A stretch of DNA of 60,289 bases from an uncultured Methanosarcinales archaeon (GTDB taxonomy: Archaea; Nanobdellota; Nanobdellia; Woesearchaeales; JACPBV01): NCBI GenBank assembly GCA_964492935.1, contig CAZBLF010000004.1, positions 1 through 60,289 of the forward strand, written 5' to 3'. Made by a program: the position numbers and the translations under genes. Under the pieces are notes generated by a model that was not told the DNA's origin, searched no databases, and saw only the letters and a program-made list of their open reading frames with translations. Below, piece after piece: positions 10,425 through 20,745 of this stretch (positions are counted from its first letter, which is position 1; every line of letters begins with the position of its first letter).

Positions 10425-10460
10425 GAAAAGTTTATATATAGATTGGTATCTATTGGTATC
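10425..10460 (+). promoter_or_regulatory. TA promoter with tandem operator
   Basis: GAAAAG-TTTATATA followed by ATTGGTATC twice (10442-10450, 10452-10460) directly before the ATG. Confidence 0.65.
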
Positions 10461-10706
10461 ATGAACACCCAAATTAATCTAAGGATGCCTCAAAAGCTGC
10501 TAACTTCTGTTAAATCGTATTCAGATGAGCACGGATATGGTTCAGTACAGGACTTCATCAAGGAAACAGTAAGAGAAAAATTATTTGATGAGCCAGAAAT
10601 AAGCAAAGATGAGCTGAAACTGGTAAAAAAACTTGTGGCAGTAAGCGAAAAGAAAAAGCTCTATGGTACTGAGGAAGAATTATTCAAAAAGTTAGGGAGA
10701 ACCTAA
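10461..10706 (+). CDS. Ribbon-helix-helix (CopG-like) antitoxin
   Basis: TQINLRMP...YGSVQDFIKETVRE RHH pattern; lies upstream of a RelE-like gene. Confidence 0.75.
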   Translation: MNTQINLRMPQKLLTSVKSYSDEHGYGSVQDFIKETVREKLFDEPEISKDELKLVKKLVAVSEKKKLYGTEEELFKKLGRT

Positions 10707-10708
10707 CT

Positions 10709-11005
10709 GTGGAATACGAAATAATACCCTCAACATTCTTTCTTGAACAGATCAACGATCTCAGCGATGACGCAAAGAAATTAATCGGTGAAAAGCTTGA
10801 ACTAGCAAAAATAAATCCGTATAGATTTAAGCGCATCGAAGGCTACAAATTATTTCTGTTCAGAATAAGGTTCGAAGACGAGAGAAAAGAAAAAAGAGTA
10901 GTGTATCTAGTAGATAAGCCGAGAGTAAAAGTACTCTGCATTTTAGATAGAAGTGGAGAATACAAGCAACTAAGAAAATTTCTGAAAAGGCAAGAAATCC
11001 TCTAA
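10709..11005 (+). CDS. RelE/ParE-family toxin
   Basis: 98 aa; NPYRFKRI...LFRIR...KRVVY...VLCILDR. Confidence 0.7.
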   Translation: MEYEIIPSTFFLEQINDLSDDAKKLIGEKLELAKINPYRFKRIEGYKLFLFRIRFEDERKEKRVVYLVDKPRVKVLCILDRSGEYKQLRKFLKRQEIL

Positions 11006-11067
11006 GTTGACACTATTATCGTCTACAGTCATATTTATAAAGAAAGCTTTATTCTATAGACGTTAAG

Positions 11068-12039
11068 ATGACAGACTTTTGGAAGGGAAAAAACGTTCTC
11101 GTAACCGGAGCAGACGGATTTATTGGTAGCTGGGTAGCTCAAGGATTAATAGAACAGGGCGCAAACGTATTCACAATAGTAAGAGACCTAAAAAAAGTCT
11201 GCAGTCTAGATCTTCTAAATATCAAAGAAAAACTCACCATCATCCAGGGAGACATCATCGACTATGCTCTAGTAGAACGCACAATCAACGAAAAAGAAAT
11301 CGATACCGTTTATCATCTTGCAGCCCAGGCTTTAGTACAGGTAGCAAATGCAAGCCCCATCTCAACCTTCAAATCCAATATCGAAGGCACCTGGAATATC
11401 CTAGAGGCATGCCGTCTACACAAGGTAGAGCGAGTCATCGTAGCATCCAGCGACAAAGCCTATGGCGTACAGAAAGAATTGCCCTATAACGAAGACTCAC
11501 CTTTACATGGACTCTACCCGTATGACGCATCAAAAGCATGTGCAGATATTCTAACAAGATCCTACGCAACCTCCTTCAAATTAAACACCGTTGTAACCAG
11601 AAACGCCAACACCTACGGACCAGCCGATCTAAATTTCTCCAGAATCATCCCCGATGCAATCGTAACGCTACTAGAAGACAAAGAATTCATCATCAGAAGC
11701 GATGGAACCCCAGAACGAGACTACATCTACATCAAAGATGTCGTTGAAGCATATCTCAAAATCGGAGAAAACATGGAAAACAAGCACGGACAAGCCTTCA
11801 ACTTCGGTTCCGGCATCCCCACATCGGTAAAAGAACTTTTCGCAACCATCGCGAAAGTGATGGGTAAAGATACAGAACCAAAAATCGAAGGAAAAGCAAA
11901 TAACGAAATCGACAGACAATTCCTTGATATTAAAAGAGTTACAGAAACATTCGATTGGAAACCAAAATATTCTCTAGAAGAAGGCCTAAAAGAAACCGTA
12001 GAATGGTATCAAAACAACAAGGACAAACTACAAAGATGA
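11068..12039 (+). CDS. rfbG: CDP-glucose 4,6-dehydratase-like
   Basis: FWKGKNVLVTG, HLAAQALV, SSDKAY, YDASKAC motifs. Confidence 0.75.
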   Translation: MTDFWKGKNVLVTGADGFIGSWVAQGLIEQGANVFTIVRDLKKVCSLDLLNIKEKLTIIQGDIIDYALVERTINEKEIDTVYHLAAQALVQVANASPISTFKSNIEGTWNILEACRLHKVERVIVASSDKAYGVQKELPYNEDSPLHGLYPYDASKACADILTRSYATSFKLNTVVTRNANTYGPADLNFSRIIPDAIVTLLEDKEFIIRSDGTPERDYIYIKDVVEAYLKIGENMENKHGQAFNFGSGIPTSVKELFATIAKVMGKDTEPKIEGKANNEIDRQFLDIKRVTETFDWKPKYSLEEGLKETVEWYQNNKDKLQR

Positions 12040-12680
12040 AAGACGTTCTGATCTGTCTACCCACTCGAAACGAAGCAGCCAATATTCAATACATGATTGA
12101 CAAGCTCTCGCTGCTAAAGTACCCCATTATCGTTGCCGACGCAAATTCTCGTGACGACACCGTAGAAATCGCATTAAAAAATAAAGTAGAAGTCTATCAA
12201 CGCGATGGACCCGGCAAAGCATATGGTGTAAGAAAAGCATTACAAGTAGCCAGAATAAAGAAAGCAAAAATTCTAGTCTTCATCGACTGCGATCGAACCT
12301 ATCCAACCGAAGCAATCCCTAAAATGGTAGAGCTCATGCAACACAATGACACCGTCATCTGCTACCGAAGCCAGAAACACATCAAACCTCTCCACAGAAT
12401 CGGTAACAATATCCATACCATAGCAATCAATCTCTTATTCGGAAGCAATGTAAAAGACATCAATTCCGGACTACGAGCAATTCGTGTAGATAAATACCGA
12501 AAACTAAGATCAAAAGGCTTCGATATAGAGGCAGAACTCACCATCAAAGCCATCAAACAACATCTCCGCATCAAACAGTTCCCCATCCGCTATGAAGAAC
12601 GCACGGGAGACTCCAAAATCCGCCTCAGCGACGGCATCACCATCATGCTAAGAATTCTGAAAGAACGTTTAAGATTCTAA
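12036..12680 (+). CDS. Glycosyltransferase family 2 (Dol-P-sugar synthase-like)
   Basis: LPTRNE, DCDRTY, GFDIEAE, RTGDSK motifs; ATGA overlap with the previous stop. Confidence 0.85.
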   Translation: MKDVLICLPTRNEAANIQYMIDKLSLLKYPIIVADANSRDDTVEIALKNKVEVYQRDGPGKAYGVRKALQVARIKKAKILVFIDCDRTYPTEAIPKMVELMQHNDTVICYRSQKHIKPLHRIGNNIHTIAINLLFGSNVKDINSGLRAIRVDKYRKLRSKGFDIEAELTIKAIKQHLRIKQFPIRYEERTGDSKIRLSDGITIMLRILKERLRF

Positions 12681-12681
12681 A

Positions 12682-12776
12682 GACAATGCTGACGCCCGAT
12701 GAGGCGTGTGAGCTTGCTCACGAGTACGCCGAGTTGTGCTGCGGAGCAGCATTCGCTGCTCAACCTCAGCATTGTC
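12682..12776. repeat. Hairpin element, short type, copy 2 (with extra inner hairpin)
   Basis: GACAATGCTGA...TCAGCATTGTC IR. Core shared with the 7071 copy; the insert carries a GAGCAGC/GCTGCTC stem. Confidence 0.85.
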
Positions 12777-12817
12777 ATTCAGCAAAACTTAAGAACTCGT
12801 AAGCAATTGTAGGACCT

Positions 12818-14263
12818 ATGCTCTTCAACTCACTCCATTTCTTAATATTCTTTCCAATAGTCCTCTTAATCTACTTCACCATCGCCCACAAGTATCGATG
12901 GATTCTCCTGTTGTTAAGCAGCTACTACTTCTACATGTCCTGGAAGCCAGAATACATCATTCTGATCATGATTTCCACGTTAATAGATTACATAGCCGGA
13001 ATACAAATACATAAATCCGTAACAAAAGCAAGAAAAAAGCGATTCCTTATTCTAAGTCTGTTTACGAATCTCGGATTACTCTTCGCCTTCAAATATTTCA
13101 ACTTCTTCAGCGAATCAACCCGAGCATTATTACAACACTTCGCCATCCCTCTAGACCCGATGACGTTAAAAGTCTTATTACCGGTAGGCATCAGCTTCTA
13201 CACCTTCCAAACATTAAGCTACACCATCGATATATACAGAGGAAAACTCAAACCCCAAAGACATCTAGGCATTTTTGCAGTCTACGTTGCATTTTTCCCG
13301 CAACTAGTTGCAGGACCTATTGAACGTGCAAAGAATCTCCTACCCCAATTCCTAGAAAAACATAATTTCGACTATAAACGAGCAACCGACGGATTAAAGC
13401 TCATGCTCTGGGGCTTCTTCAAGAAAATCGTCATTGCAGATCGTCTAGCAGTACTAGTAAACACCGTCTACAACGACCCCACCGGCTTCACCGGCATCCC
13501 ATTAATCCTAGCAACCGTCTTCTTCGCCTTCCAAATCTACTGCGACTTCTCCGGATATTCCGATATCGCCATCGGTTCTGCACAAATGATGGGATTCAAG
13601 CTCATGGACAACTTCAAACGCCCGTATTTCTCCCGATCCGTCTCCGAATTCTGGAAACGCTGGCACATCTCACTCTCCACCTGGTTTAGAGACTACATTT
13701 ACATCCCCTTAGGCGGAAATAAAGTCTCCAAACCCAGATGGCACCTCAATATCGCAATAGTTTTCTTATTGTCAGGATTATGGCACGGCGCTAGCTGGAC
13801 CTTTGTAGTCTGGGGAGCAATCCATGGAGCATTGTTGATCTTCGAACGCCTAGCAAAACCCATCAAAGACAAACTATTCACCAGTACACGCATCATAAAA
13901 CTCCCAAAACTAACCCATCTCCTAGAAATCGCCTTCACCTTCTCCGTCGTTACCATAGCCTGGATCTTTTTCAGAGCAAATTCCATTACAGATGCATGGT
14001 ACATCCTAACACACCTCTTCACCAACCTCTCCCTAGCACAACTCAACGTCCAAATGGGAGCAAAATGGATTTCATTAATTGTAGCCGTAGGAGTAATAGC
14101 CTTCATGGAGCTTGTACATGTAATACAAGAGCACAAAAGCATCCGACAATTCATGTCCAACAAACCTCTCCTCTTAAGATGGGCCGTCTATCTAGCAATC
14201 ATCCTAGCAATCATCATCTTCGGTGTCTTCAACCAAACCCCATTCATCTATTTCCAATTTTAA
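12818..14263 (+). CDS. MBOAT O-acyltransferase (AlgI/PatA-like)
   Basis: LPVGISFYTFQ, FFPQLVAGPIER, DFSGYSDIA, FWKRWHISLS, SGLWHGA motifs. Confidence 0.95.
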   Translation: MLFNSLHFLIFFPIVLLIYFTIAHKYRWILLLLSSYYFYMSWKPEYIILIMISTLIDYIAGIQIHKSVTKARKKRFLILSLFTNLGLLFAFKYFNFFSESTRALLQHFAIPLDPMTLKVLLPVGISFYTFQTLSYTIDIYRGKLKPQRHLGIFAVYVAFFPQLVAGPIERAKNLLPQFLEKHNFDYKRATDGLKLMLWGFFKKIVIADRLAVLVNTVYNDPTGFTGIPLILATVFFAFQIYCDFSGYSDIAIGSAQMMGFKLMDNFKRPYFSRSVSEFWKRWHISLSTWFRDYIYIPLGGNKVSKPRWHLNIAIVFLLSGLWHGASWTFVVWGAIHGALLIFERLAKPIKDKLFTSTRIIKLPKLTHLLEIAFTFSVVTIAWIFFRANSITDAWYILTHLFTNLSLAQLNVQMGAKWISLIVAVGVIAFMELVHVIQEHKSIRQFMSNKPLLLRWAVYLAIILAIIIFGVFNQTPFIYFQF

Positions 14264-14264
14264 C

Positions 14265-15203
14265 ATGAAAGAACACAAACGAAAATTCGTAAAGCGAGGC
14301 ACCCTCTTCCTACTCATAACTATCATCACAACCCTACTCATCAACCAAGCCTACATTTCATCCATTCTACCCCAAAAGCAAGTCTTCAGAAAAGAAGCAG
14401 CCTGGCAAGTTGACAAAGAACAGCTAGACAACACATTACAATACGCCTTCTTCGGCGACTCCCACACCCTCTACGCAACCAATCCAAATTTCATCAACAA
14501 CTCCTACAATTTCGCCTCAACAGCAGAGGGCTACATCGAAACCTATTACAAAGTGAGAAAAATTGTAGAAATCGATAATATCCAACTACAAACCATCATC
14601 CTAGAAGTCGACCCTCACACCTTTTCCACTCTCCCCAGAGCAAATGAAGGATTATTCAGAAATCTACGCTACTACACCTCATTCATCCCCCTAAAAGACA
14701 TCGCCAAACACAAAGAACAAAGCGTAATCTCCCTAGCAATAGAAAACACCCTACCCATAATCGGAAAAGGTGATGAAATACTCTCGCAAGTAGTTTCAAG
14801 TGATATCGATAAAGGCTGGATCAAAAGCAAAAAAACATTCGAAGACAAAGACAAAGAAAAGATAGCACATACACAATACAAAAGACATTTCACCGAAAAA
14901 CCACAATTAATCCACCAAAAAACCTTCACCTATTTCCAAGAACTTCTCAAATTCGCACAAACAAACGACATCAACGTAATCCTCATCACCTATCCACTAA
15001 GCCAAGAATATCTCGACCAACTTCAAGAAAACAACATCGACCTCGACGCATTCTACGCAACCCTCCCCTCAACCTATCCCCTATTAGAATACCAAAACCT
15101 ATTTGTTAATAATCCAGAATACTTTGGAGATGCAGATCATCTCAACGAATTCGGTGCAGAGAAATTCTCTAAACAGCTACAAACAGACCTAACGCTTTCT
15201 TAG
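14265..15203 (+). CDS. Membrane-anchored SGNH/DltD-like acyltransferase partner
   Basis: N-terminal TM, FGDSH and DADHLN motifs; directly follows the MBOAT gene. Confidence 0.8.
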   Translation: MKEHKRKFVKRGTLFLLITIITTLLINQAYISSILPQKQVFRKEAAWQVDKEQLDNTLQYAFFGDSHTLYATNPNFINNSYNFASTAEGYIETYYKVRKIVEIDNIQLQTIILEVDPHTFSTLPRANEGLFRNLRYYTSFIPLKDIAKHKEQSVISLAIENTLPIIGKGDEILSQVVSSDIDKGWIKSKKTFEDKDKEKIAHTQYKRHFTEKPQLIHQKTFTYFQELLKFAQTNDINVILITYPLSQEYLDQLQENNIDLDAFYATLPSTYPLLEYQNLFVNNPEYFGDADHLNEFGAEKFSKQLQTDLTLS

Positions 15204-17462
15204 ATACCAAATTCCATAGCCCAGTACCAAAAGCAACATCAAAACAGAAATCCAAGCACCCGTTCTAAACGAGCTAGAGGAATAACGTAACGTAATAGCA
15301 TCACCAGAAGCAATCAAAACACTTCCCACCCCATTAGCTCGATACAAGTCTGCACCCCACTCATCATACTGCGAAAACTGTTCGGCCAACACCACAATTC
15401 CAGAATAATCAGAACTATCAACCGTATAACCGTTAGGAGAATAATCAATCAATCCAAAAGGCTCAGCCACATCTTCCTCTAACGCTCCAAGAACCTCGAT
15501 AACTCTTTCCCCTCCAAGGGAGGTCTCACCCCGTAAGACATTCGGTAGCAACACCCCGCCACGTTCAACAAAGGATCGTAATGAAACCACATCCAATTCC
15601 GAAAGAGGACTGCTAGTCAATAAAACAATCTCTGCATGCTCAATCAATAAATTTGCAGCCGGATGTTCACCACCCATCACAATAACCATAGACTGAGGAT
15701 CAAAACTCTCTTGCACCATCAACGAGTACATCAGCTGTCGAGCATCATTCTCAGCACCATACACCACCATCGGATGCGCTACAGAATATGCTCGCGGCAA
15801 CCATTCAGTTAATTCATACAAGTAAGGTCCATACTCAGGATCTCCAGGAAACACAAACTCACAAGCCTCGCACACCTCAAACGTATCAACTAACTGCAAC
15901 CGAGAATCGTTAACCACAATGCTAGAGTAAAAGAAACGAGTATTCAACATCTGGTAAAATTTCACAGGATCATATTGTCCAGCCCCTAGCAAGTATTCAT
16001 TTACGTAAGAGGGAACCCAAACATTAACCGCCCCCCATACCACCTGCTGCTTGAACGGAATACTCCACACCGGAGCCGGCGCCCCAATCCAATCAGTCTC
16101 GGCATTATGTACCCTAAATACACCTTCCTGTTCCGATAAATACGAATACAAAGCATTCTCCTCCAACATACTCTCGTAGGTATATGGTTCCTGGGTATCG
16201 TAATCTGCGCGAGCAGTAAAATAACCGACGTTCAACAACAATACAAACACCAACACCGCAAAACCAATCAAAGCAACCTTTTTCTGCCTAAACCAAGAGA
16301 ATTTCGAACCTAACTTCGCAAACAACGACTGAGCACCATACGCAGCAAGTATTCCAGCCGGAAACCCAACCAAATACAGGATCCGAGCAATATGGTGCTG
16401 CCGATCAAACCCAGGAAAGAATTTCCAGAGTAAATAAAATAATTTGCCACCGCTCGCAGCAACAAACAACAACACAAGTAACACCCATCCCAACAAAACA
16501 GGTTTCTTTTTCCAAGCAAGCAATGAACAAAAGACCAAGAACAAAGCAACCCAACCAATAGCAACCTGATCCGCACTTCCCAAGTACACCGGACCAATCG
16601 CTCCCAACACTAAGAACGGATGCACCAAATAATCGGATGCCTTTTCTAACACAAGGTAAGAATCACGTGCACCCTCCAACGTTCTACCCGAACTCAAACT
16701 AGAATGTTCGCTAAAATCCAGCACCGGCAAGATCTTTACAGCGCCTAATCCAACGCAAACCGCTACAGCAACCGCACCAATCGTAACCAACTTCTTTACC
16801 GTACCTACATTCAGATGCGACAGCAAATACACCAACAAATACAATCCAAATAAGAACGCGGTGTAAAAGAAGATAGGTGGATAACCCTGATTAAACTGCA
16901 GAACAAAAGCAACCCCAATCAACATACTCCAAAATACACGCTCTCGCAACACACGTGATGCAAGCGAATACGCCAAAAACAAGAACACTCCAGGAATGTA
17001 ATAGTACGCCAGCAACATCTCATCGCCTAACGTCAATGTATTCTGTAACGGAAACGCACTAAACAAGAACACCAAACTTCCAATAACCGCAAACTTATCC
17101 TGCACCCGTATCTTGCGTAGAAAGTAAAACATCGAAACGCCAGCCACCATCATCAACAGCATTTTCTCAAGATTAAAGGCAGCCGCTACCGAAACAAAAG
17201 AGGAAAACAACGTAAATGGACGAAACACCATATTCTGAGCCTGTCCAAAGAACGGCGTACCTCCAAAATAATACGGCATCCAGTGCGGAAAGAATCCCTC
17301 ACGAACAGATTCCTGAATAAAGCTGCCCATCGTTAAATAAAAGCCACGTTCACCGTGATGATTGATATGATTCAATCGAAAAAAGCCAGTATATCCAAGA
17401 TAAAATAACATCAACACAACAAGAACCATCAACCATCTATTTTTCTTAATGAAAGCAATCAT
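15189..17462 (-). CDS. YfhO-like multi-TM putative GT-C protein
   Basis: PHWMPYYFGGTPF motif, many TMs, C-terminal LRYSSSSFRTGAWIS + TM. Confidence 0.8.
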   Translation of the reverse strand: MIAFIKKNRWLMVLVVLMLFYLGYTGFFRLNHINHHGERGFYLTMGSFIQESVREGFFPHWMPYYFGGTPFFGQAQNMVFRPFTLFSSFVSVAAAFNLEKMLLMMVAGVSMFYFLRKIRVQDKFAVIGSLVFLFSAFPLQNTLTLGDEMLLAYYYIPGVFLFLAYSLASRVLRERVFWSMLIGVAFVLQFNQGYPPIFFYTAFLFGLYLLVYLLSHLNVGTVKKLVTIGAVAVAVCVGLGAVKILPVLDFSEHSSLSSGRTLEGARDSYLVLEKASDYLVHPFLVLGAIGPVYLGSADQVAIGWVALFLVFCSLLAWKKKPVLLGWVLLVLLFVAASGGKLFYLLWKFFPGFDRQHHIARILYLVGFPAGILAAYGAQSLFAKLGSKFSWFRQKKVALIGFAVLVFVLLLNVGYFTARADYDTQEPYTYESMLEENALYSYLSEQEGVFRVHNAETDWIGAPAPVWSIPFKQQVVWGAVNVWVPSYVNEYLLGAGQYDPVKFYQMLNTRFFYSSIVVNDSRLQLVDTFEVCEACEFVFPGDPEYGPYLYELTEWLPRAYSVAHPMVVYGAENDARQLMYSLMVQESFDPQSMVIVMGGEHPAANLLIEHAEIVLLTSSPLSELDVVSLRSFVERGGVLLPNVLRGETSLGGERVIEVLGALEEDVAEPFGLIDYSPNGYTVDSSDYSGIVVLAEQFSQYDEWGADLYRANGVGSVLIASGDAITLRYSSSSFRTGAWISVLMLLLVLGYGIWYLRKR

Positions 17463-17833
17463 TTACGTATCAACCCAATCAGCTGAAAGGTAATAAACTT
17501 GAGCAAGAAGAGCGTACCAATCACCACAGGACTAGCAATCCACCCCGCAATAGAAAACACATCAACCAGCAACGAAATAAATGCAATCGTCAACAACGGA
17601 AAGGCAATATTGGCAGCAGCATACTTCCAAAACTGAGCGTGAATCAGCTTAATAGCAAGATAATGAAAATACCGACCAAAGAACGCAAACACCATCACAA
17701 AACTTGAACTCAAAAAACCAGATAAACCAACAACATCAATCAGATACGAGGTAAAAAACACCGTGAAGACTGCCCATACAATCCCCACACCCAGAAATTT
17801 GCCAAAATCAAGCATTAGTTTTTTTCTTTCCAT
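17459..17833 (-). CDS. GtrA-family flippase-like protein
   Basis: FGKFLGVG motif, 4 TM; start at MERKKL. Confidence 0.7.
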   Translation of the reverse strand: MERKKLMLDFGKFLGVGIVWAVFTVFFTSYLIDVVGLSGFLSSSFVMVFAFFGRYFHYLAIKLIHAQFWKYAAANIAFPLLTIAFISLLVDVFSIAGWIASPVVIGTLFLLKFITFQLIGLIRK

Positions 17834-20129
17834 ACCGTCTCCATAATCGAGATCCAAAATAACCAAGAACAACAAAGATACTGATCAACGTAATCCAAAC
17901 ACCCACTACATACGAGCGAGGAGCATACGTAAAGCGCAAACTATCAACACTTCCATCTAGATACAAGGCAGTGTTCATCCTATTCGCAATCAACAAGTCA
18001 TGACTTTTACCAGCATCATCCTTAGCCATCCATCCCTCAAACTGAGAAAACTTCTCGCTGTACACCAAGAATCCTTTTTCACCATCCACCTCAACCGTCC
18101 GATGGTCAAAGTCCGACATCGTAACTTTCTCATCGTCAATAACTCTCGCAGGACCTTCAAAAGAATCAAACGTAGTAATTAACTGCGCATCCGTCAACTG
18201 CTGCTCACCCTTCGTGATATCCGGCAACAGTTTACCGCCAGTACGCACATATTCCTCTAAGGAAAGCTGTGAACCTCCATCCAACGAACCATCCGTCAAC
18301 ACCACAGCAGAAAATTTAGCCAATTCCCTAACAGAATAGTCACTAATCTTGCCCTTACCTTGTACCAACGTCATTCTGCTTGGATCATACGCCTGATGCA
18401 ACAACAACCCATACGTAATCTGCACAACCGCGTCCTCATTACCCACAACCAAGATCGCATCATCCACTACATAAGCACGGGGTAAGAATAAATCATTCTC
18501 ATACAGGTACGGTCCCCATCCCTTGTCTAAATGTTCGTCAGGCGACGGGAAACAAATAGTGCAGTTATCAAATTGCTTAACAAACCTAAATCCAGAAAGG
18601 TTCAACGGTTCACGAGCAGTCAAATACTTAACATTCAGTATCCCCCACATCTTGGCAGGATCTCTAAACGCAACACCCAAATATTCATTCATATATTTAG
18701 GATTCCAAATCGTATCATATTTGTAAATATGTTCCAATTTCAAAGGAACATTGTAAAAGTCAGTTCCCCAGTCAATACCTCGTGTCTCCCACGTCTGCAT
18801 CCTAAAGTGTCCAGGCTGAGCACTAATAAATTGCAACGCATCATTAGCAGCGATAGCATCATCCACATCATACCATTCGCCCTTTTCAACACCCGAATAC
18901 GGACTCACGTTAAACACAGCTAAGTTAAGGAATAACAAACCCAAAAGAGAAAAGAAAAACACATTCTTCTTACTAAATTTCTTTGACAACTGCTGCGCTC
19001 CAAATCCAGCTAAAATACTAAAGCAAAACGCAAACATGAAGATACTTCTGTCAATATATCTCAAACTCTTGAAAAACGGAACAACGTTCCACAACAACCG
19101 ATACAACCCAAACGTGTTCGTAGTAACTAAAATCGCAAAGACCGCAGCAAGCGTAAAGAACAGCACCTGCTTGTTCCTCCATCTCTTCCAAATAGCAAAT
19201 GCACCCAGTAAGAATGCAACAATCCCTACATGATCGCTAATCCCTTTCCGCTGAATATCGGGAAAGCCCTCATACACCGGCTCGATTAACCTTCGAGGAA
19301 TATCTGAATACTGAATCTGCCTTCCCGAAGACTGTTCCCACGATGTGCCACCTCGACTAGTATCTCCAATAAAACTCCCCTGTGGAACAATTCTCTGTGC
19401 ACTTAATCCAAAGAACAACACCAAAATAACAAATGCCGCAAAACCTGTTTTAATTAACCGAGCCTTTGAAAACTTTGAACACAAATGAAAGACAATAAAC
19501 AACCCAAAGTAAATACCAAACCACATCGTAACCTTATTGTCAGCGTTCATCCTAAACAATAAAGAAAACACAATACCCGACAACACACTATACTTCAACC
19601 AATCCTTTTCTCTAACCGCCTTCATCCCCAACATAAAGCCTAATGGCATCAATGCGTAGCCGGATAACGTAGAAGCCCAGCCCCAGCTCAACAATTTCAT
19701 CATATGTCCGTTCAAAATATACACTAAAGCCGCAACAAACGCATATCGTTTATCTAAACCCAAATACTGAGCAAAGAAATACATCGTAATGCCAGAAATC
19801 AAGAACAACACCAAATAATTCAATTTTAATGCCATAACCGTGCTCGGCACCAATAACAGTAATGGCAGATACAAACTATCCAACCCCTCAGAAGGCTTCA
19901 TCAATAAAGGATTGCCACTGAACCCATACGGATCCCATAACGGCCAGAAATCACCAAATTCAGTATAAGAAACCTTCAACCGCTCAATCTGAGGATAATA
20001 TCCCGTCAACATATCTCTTCCCGGCAACGTCCCATCCAAGAACTGCGACAAGAATATGGGGGTAAAAACAAGAAAGAACAACAAGTACGGTAAATGCGGC
20101 TTCACCTTCGCAAACACACCCTTTCCCAT
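17808..20129 (-). CDS. YfhO-like multi-TM putative GT-C protein (paralog of 15189..17462)
   Basis: WPLWDPYGFSGNP, GPYLYE...LPRAY and C-terminal FTYAPRSY + TM, shared with the paralog. Confidence 0.8.
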   Translation of the reverse strand: MGKGVFAKVKPHLPYLLFFLVFTPIFLSQFLDGTLPGRDMLTGYYPQIERLKVSYTEFGDFWPLWDPYGFSGNPLLMKPSEGLDSLYLPLLLLVPSTVMALKLNYLVLFLISGITMYFFAQYLGLDKRYAFVAALVYILNGHMMKLLSWGWASTLSGYALMPLGFMLGMKAVREKDWLKYSVLSGIVFSLLFRMNADNKVTMWFGIYFGLFIVFHLCSKFSKARLIKTGFAAFVILVLFFGLSAQRIVPQGSFIGDTSRGGTSWEQSSGRQIQYSDIPRRLIEPVYEGFPDIQRKGISDHVGIVAFLLGAFAIWKRWRNKQVLFFTLAAVFAILVTTNTFGLYRLLWNVVPFFKSLRYIDRSIFMFAFCFSILAGFGAQQLSKKFSKKNVFFFSLLGLLFLNLAVFNVSPYSGVEKGEWYDVDDAIAANDALQFISAQPGHFRMQTWETRGIDWGTDFYNVPLKLEHIYKYDTIWNPKYMNEYLGVAFRDPAKMWGILNVKYLTAREPLNLSGFRFVKQFDNCTICFPSPDEHLDKGWGPYLYENDLFLPRAYVVDDAILVVGNEDAVVQITYGLLLHQAYDPSRMTLVQGKGKISDYSVRELAKFSAVVLTDGSLDGGSQLSLEEYVRTGGKLLPDITKGEQQLTDAQLITTFDSFEGPARVIDDEKVTMSDFDHRTVEVDGEKGFLVYSEKFSQFEGWMAKDDAGKSHDLLIANRMNTALYLDGSVDSLRFTYAPRSYVVGVWITLISIFVVLGYFGSRLWRRYGKKKTNA

Positions 20130-20333
20130 ACCCTAAATAACAGTATAACCAATAAAAACCTTTGGATTTAAGATAAATCAAGAAGATGATTGTTTGGCCG
20201 GTTTCCACTGAGTCTTCCTAATGTTTCTTGGAGTTCTGACAGTCGTATTTGTTAACATAAGGCGATAAAACAACTCCACCACCTTTCTTGCGGATTCCCT
20301 TCTCGTCAATTACTAACTAATTGCTATAGCAGA

Positions 20334-20467
20334 GTATGTGCATAGCATCACCAGGTCGAAATTCATTGATACCTCAGAATTAAGTGCGTTGCGCGGGGTT
20401 GCCCCATCCGGGGACGCAGCACCTTCAGAAGTCAAGAGCAAGAATTTCGAAGGTGCTATGCACATAC
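20334..20467. mobile_element. Hairpin/MITE-like element, long type, copy C
   Basis: 16-bp terminal stem GTATGTGCATAGCATC/GGTGCTATGCACATAC; inner TCGAAATTC/GAATTTCGA; flanked by the exact direct repeat ATAGCAGA (20326-20333, 20468-20475). Confidence 0.75.
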
Positions 20468-20511
20468 ATAGCAGAGAAAGTTTTATATATCTCCTAACAT
20501 CGGCAGGGTAC

Positions 20512-20745
20512 ATGGGCGTGAAAACTTTAACCGAACGAGAGCAAGGATTGATTCTCAAGATGATTGAAACAACTATTATTTAGAATGGAAACCAATCAGA
20601 GGCAATTTTAAGATTAAAAAATGGTGATGCTGAAGGTTGCGCAGACCAATTATCCGCTTGTACAAAATTTCATAATCGACTTATTGAAATTATGAAGGAA
20701 CTAAGGAAAACTTTTGCCAAATTGGATAGCGAGGAATTCCAATAA
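20512..20745 (+). pseudogene. Small hypothetical gene interrupted by an in-frame TAG (20581-20583)
   Basis: BRE-TATA (GAGAAAG-TTTTATATA) about 22 nt upstream. The frame stays open 53 codons past the TAG to TAA. Confidence 0.55.

Noticed and set aside
20581..20583. Genome-wide TAG recoding or pyrrolysine
   Set aside because: TAG terminates ordinary genes here (e.g. at 5000 and 54403), and no pyl genes are seen.
20313..20583. ORFs 20313..20558 (-) and 20338..20583 (+) as real genes
   Set aside because: They run through the hairpin element and a promoter; only the part from ATG 20512 has promoter support.
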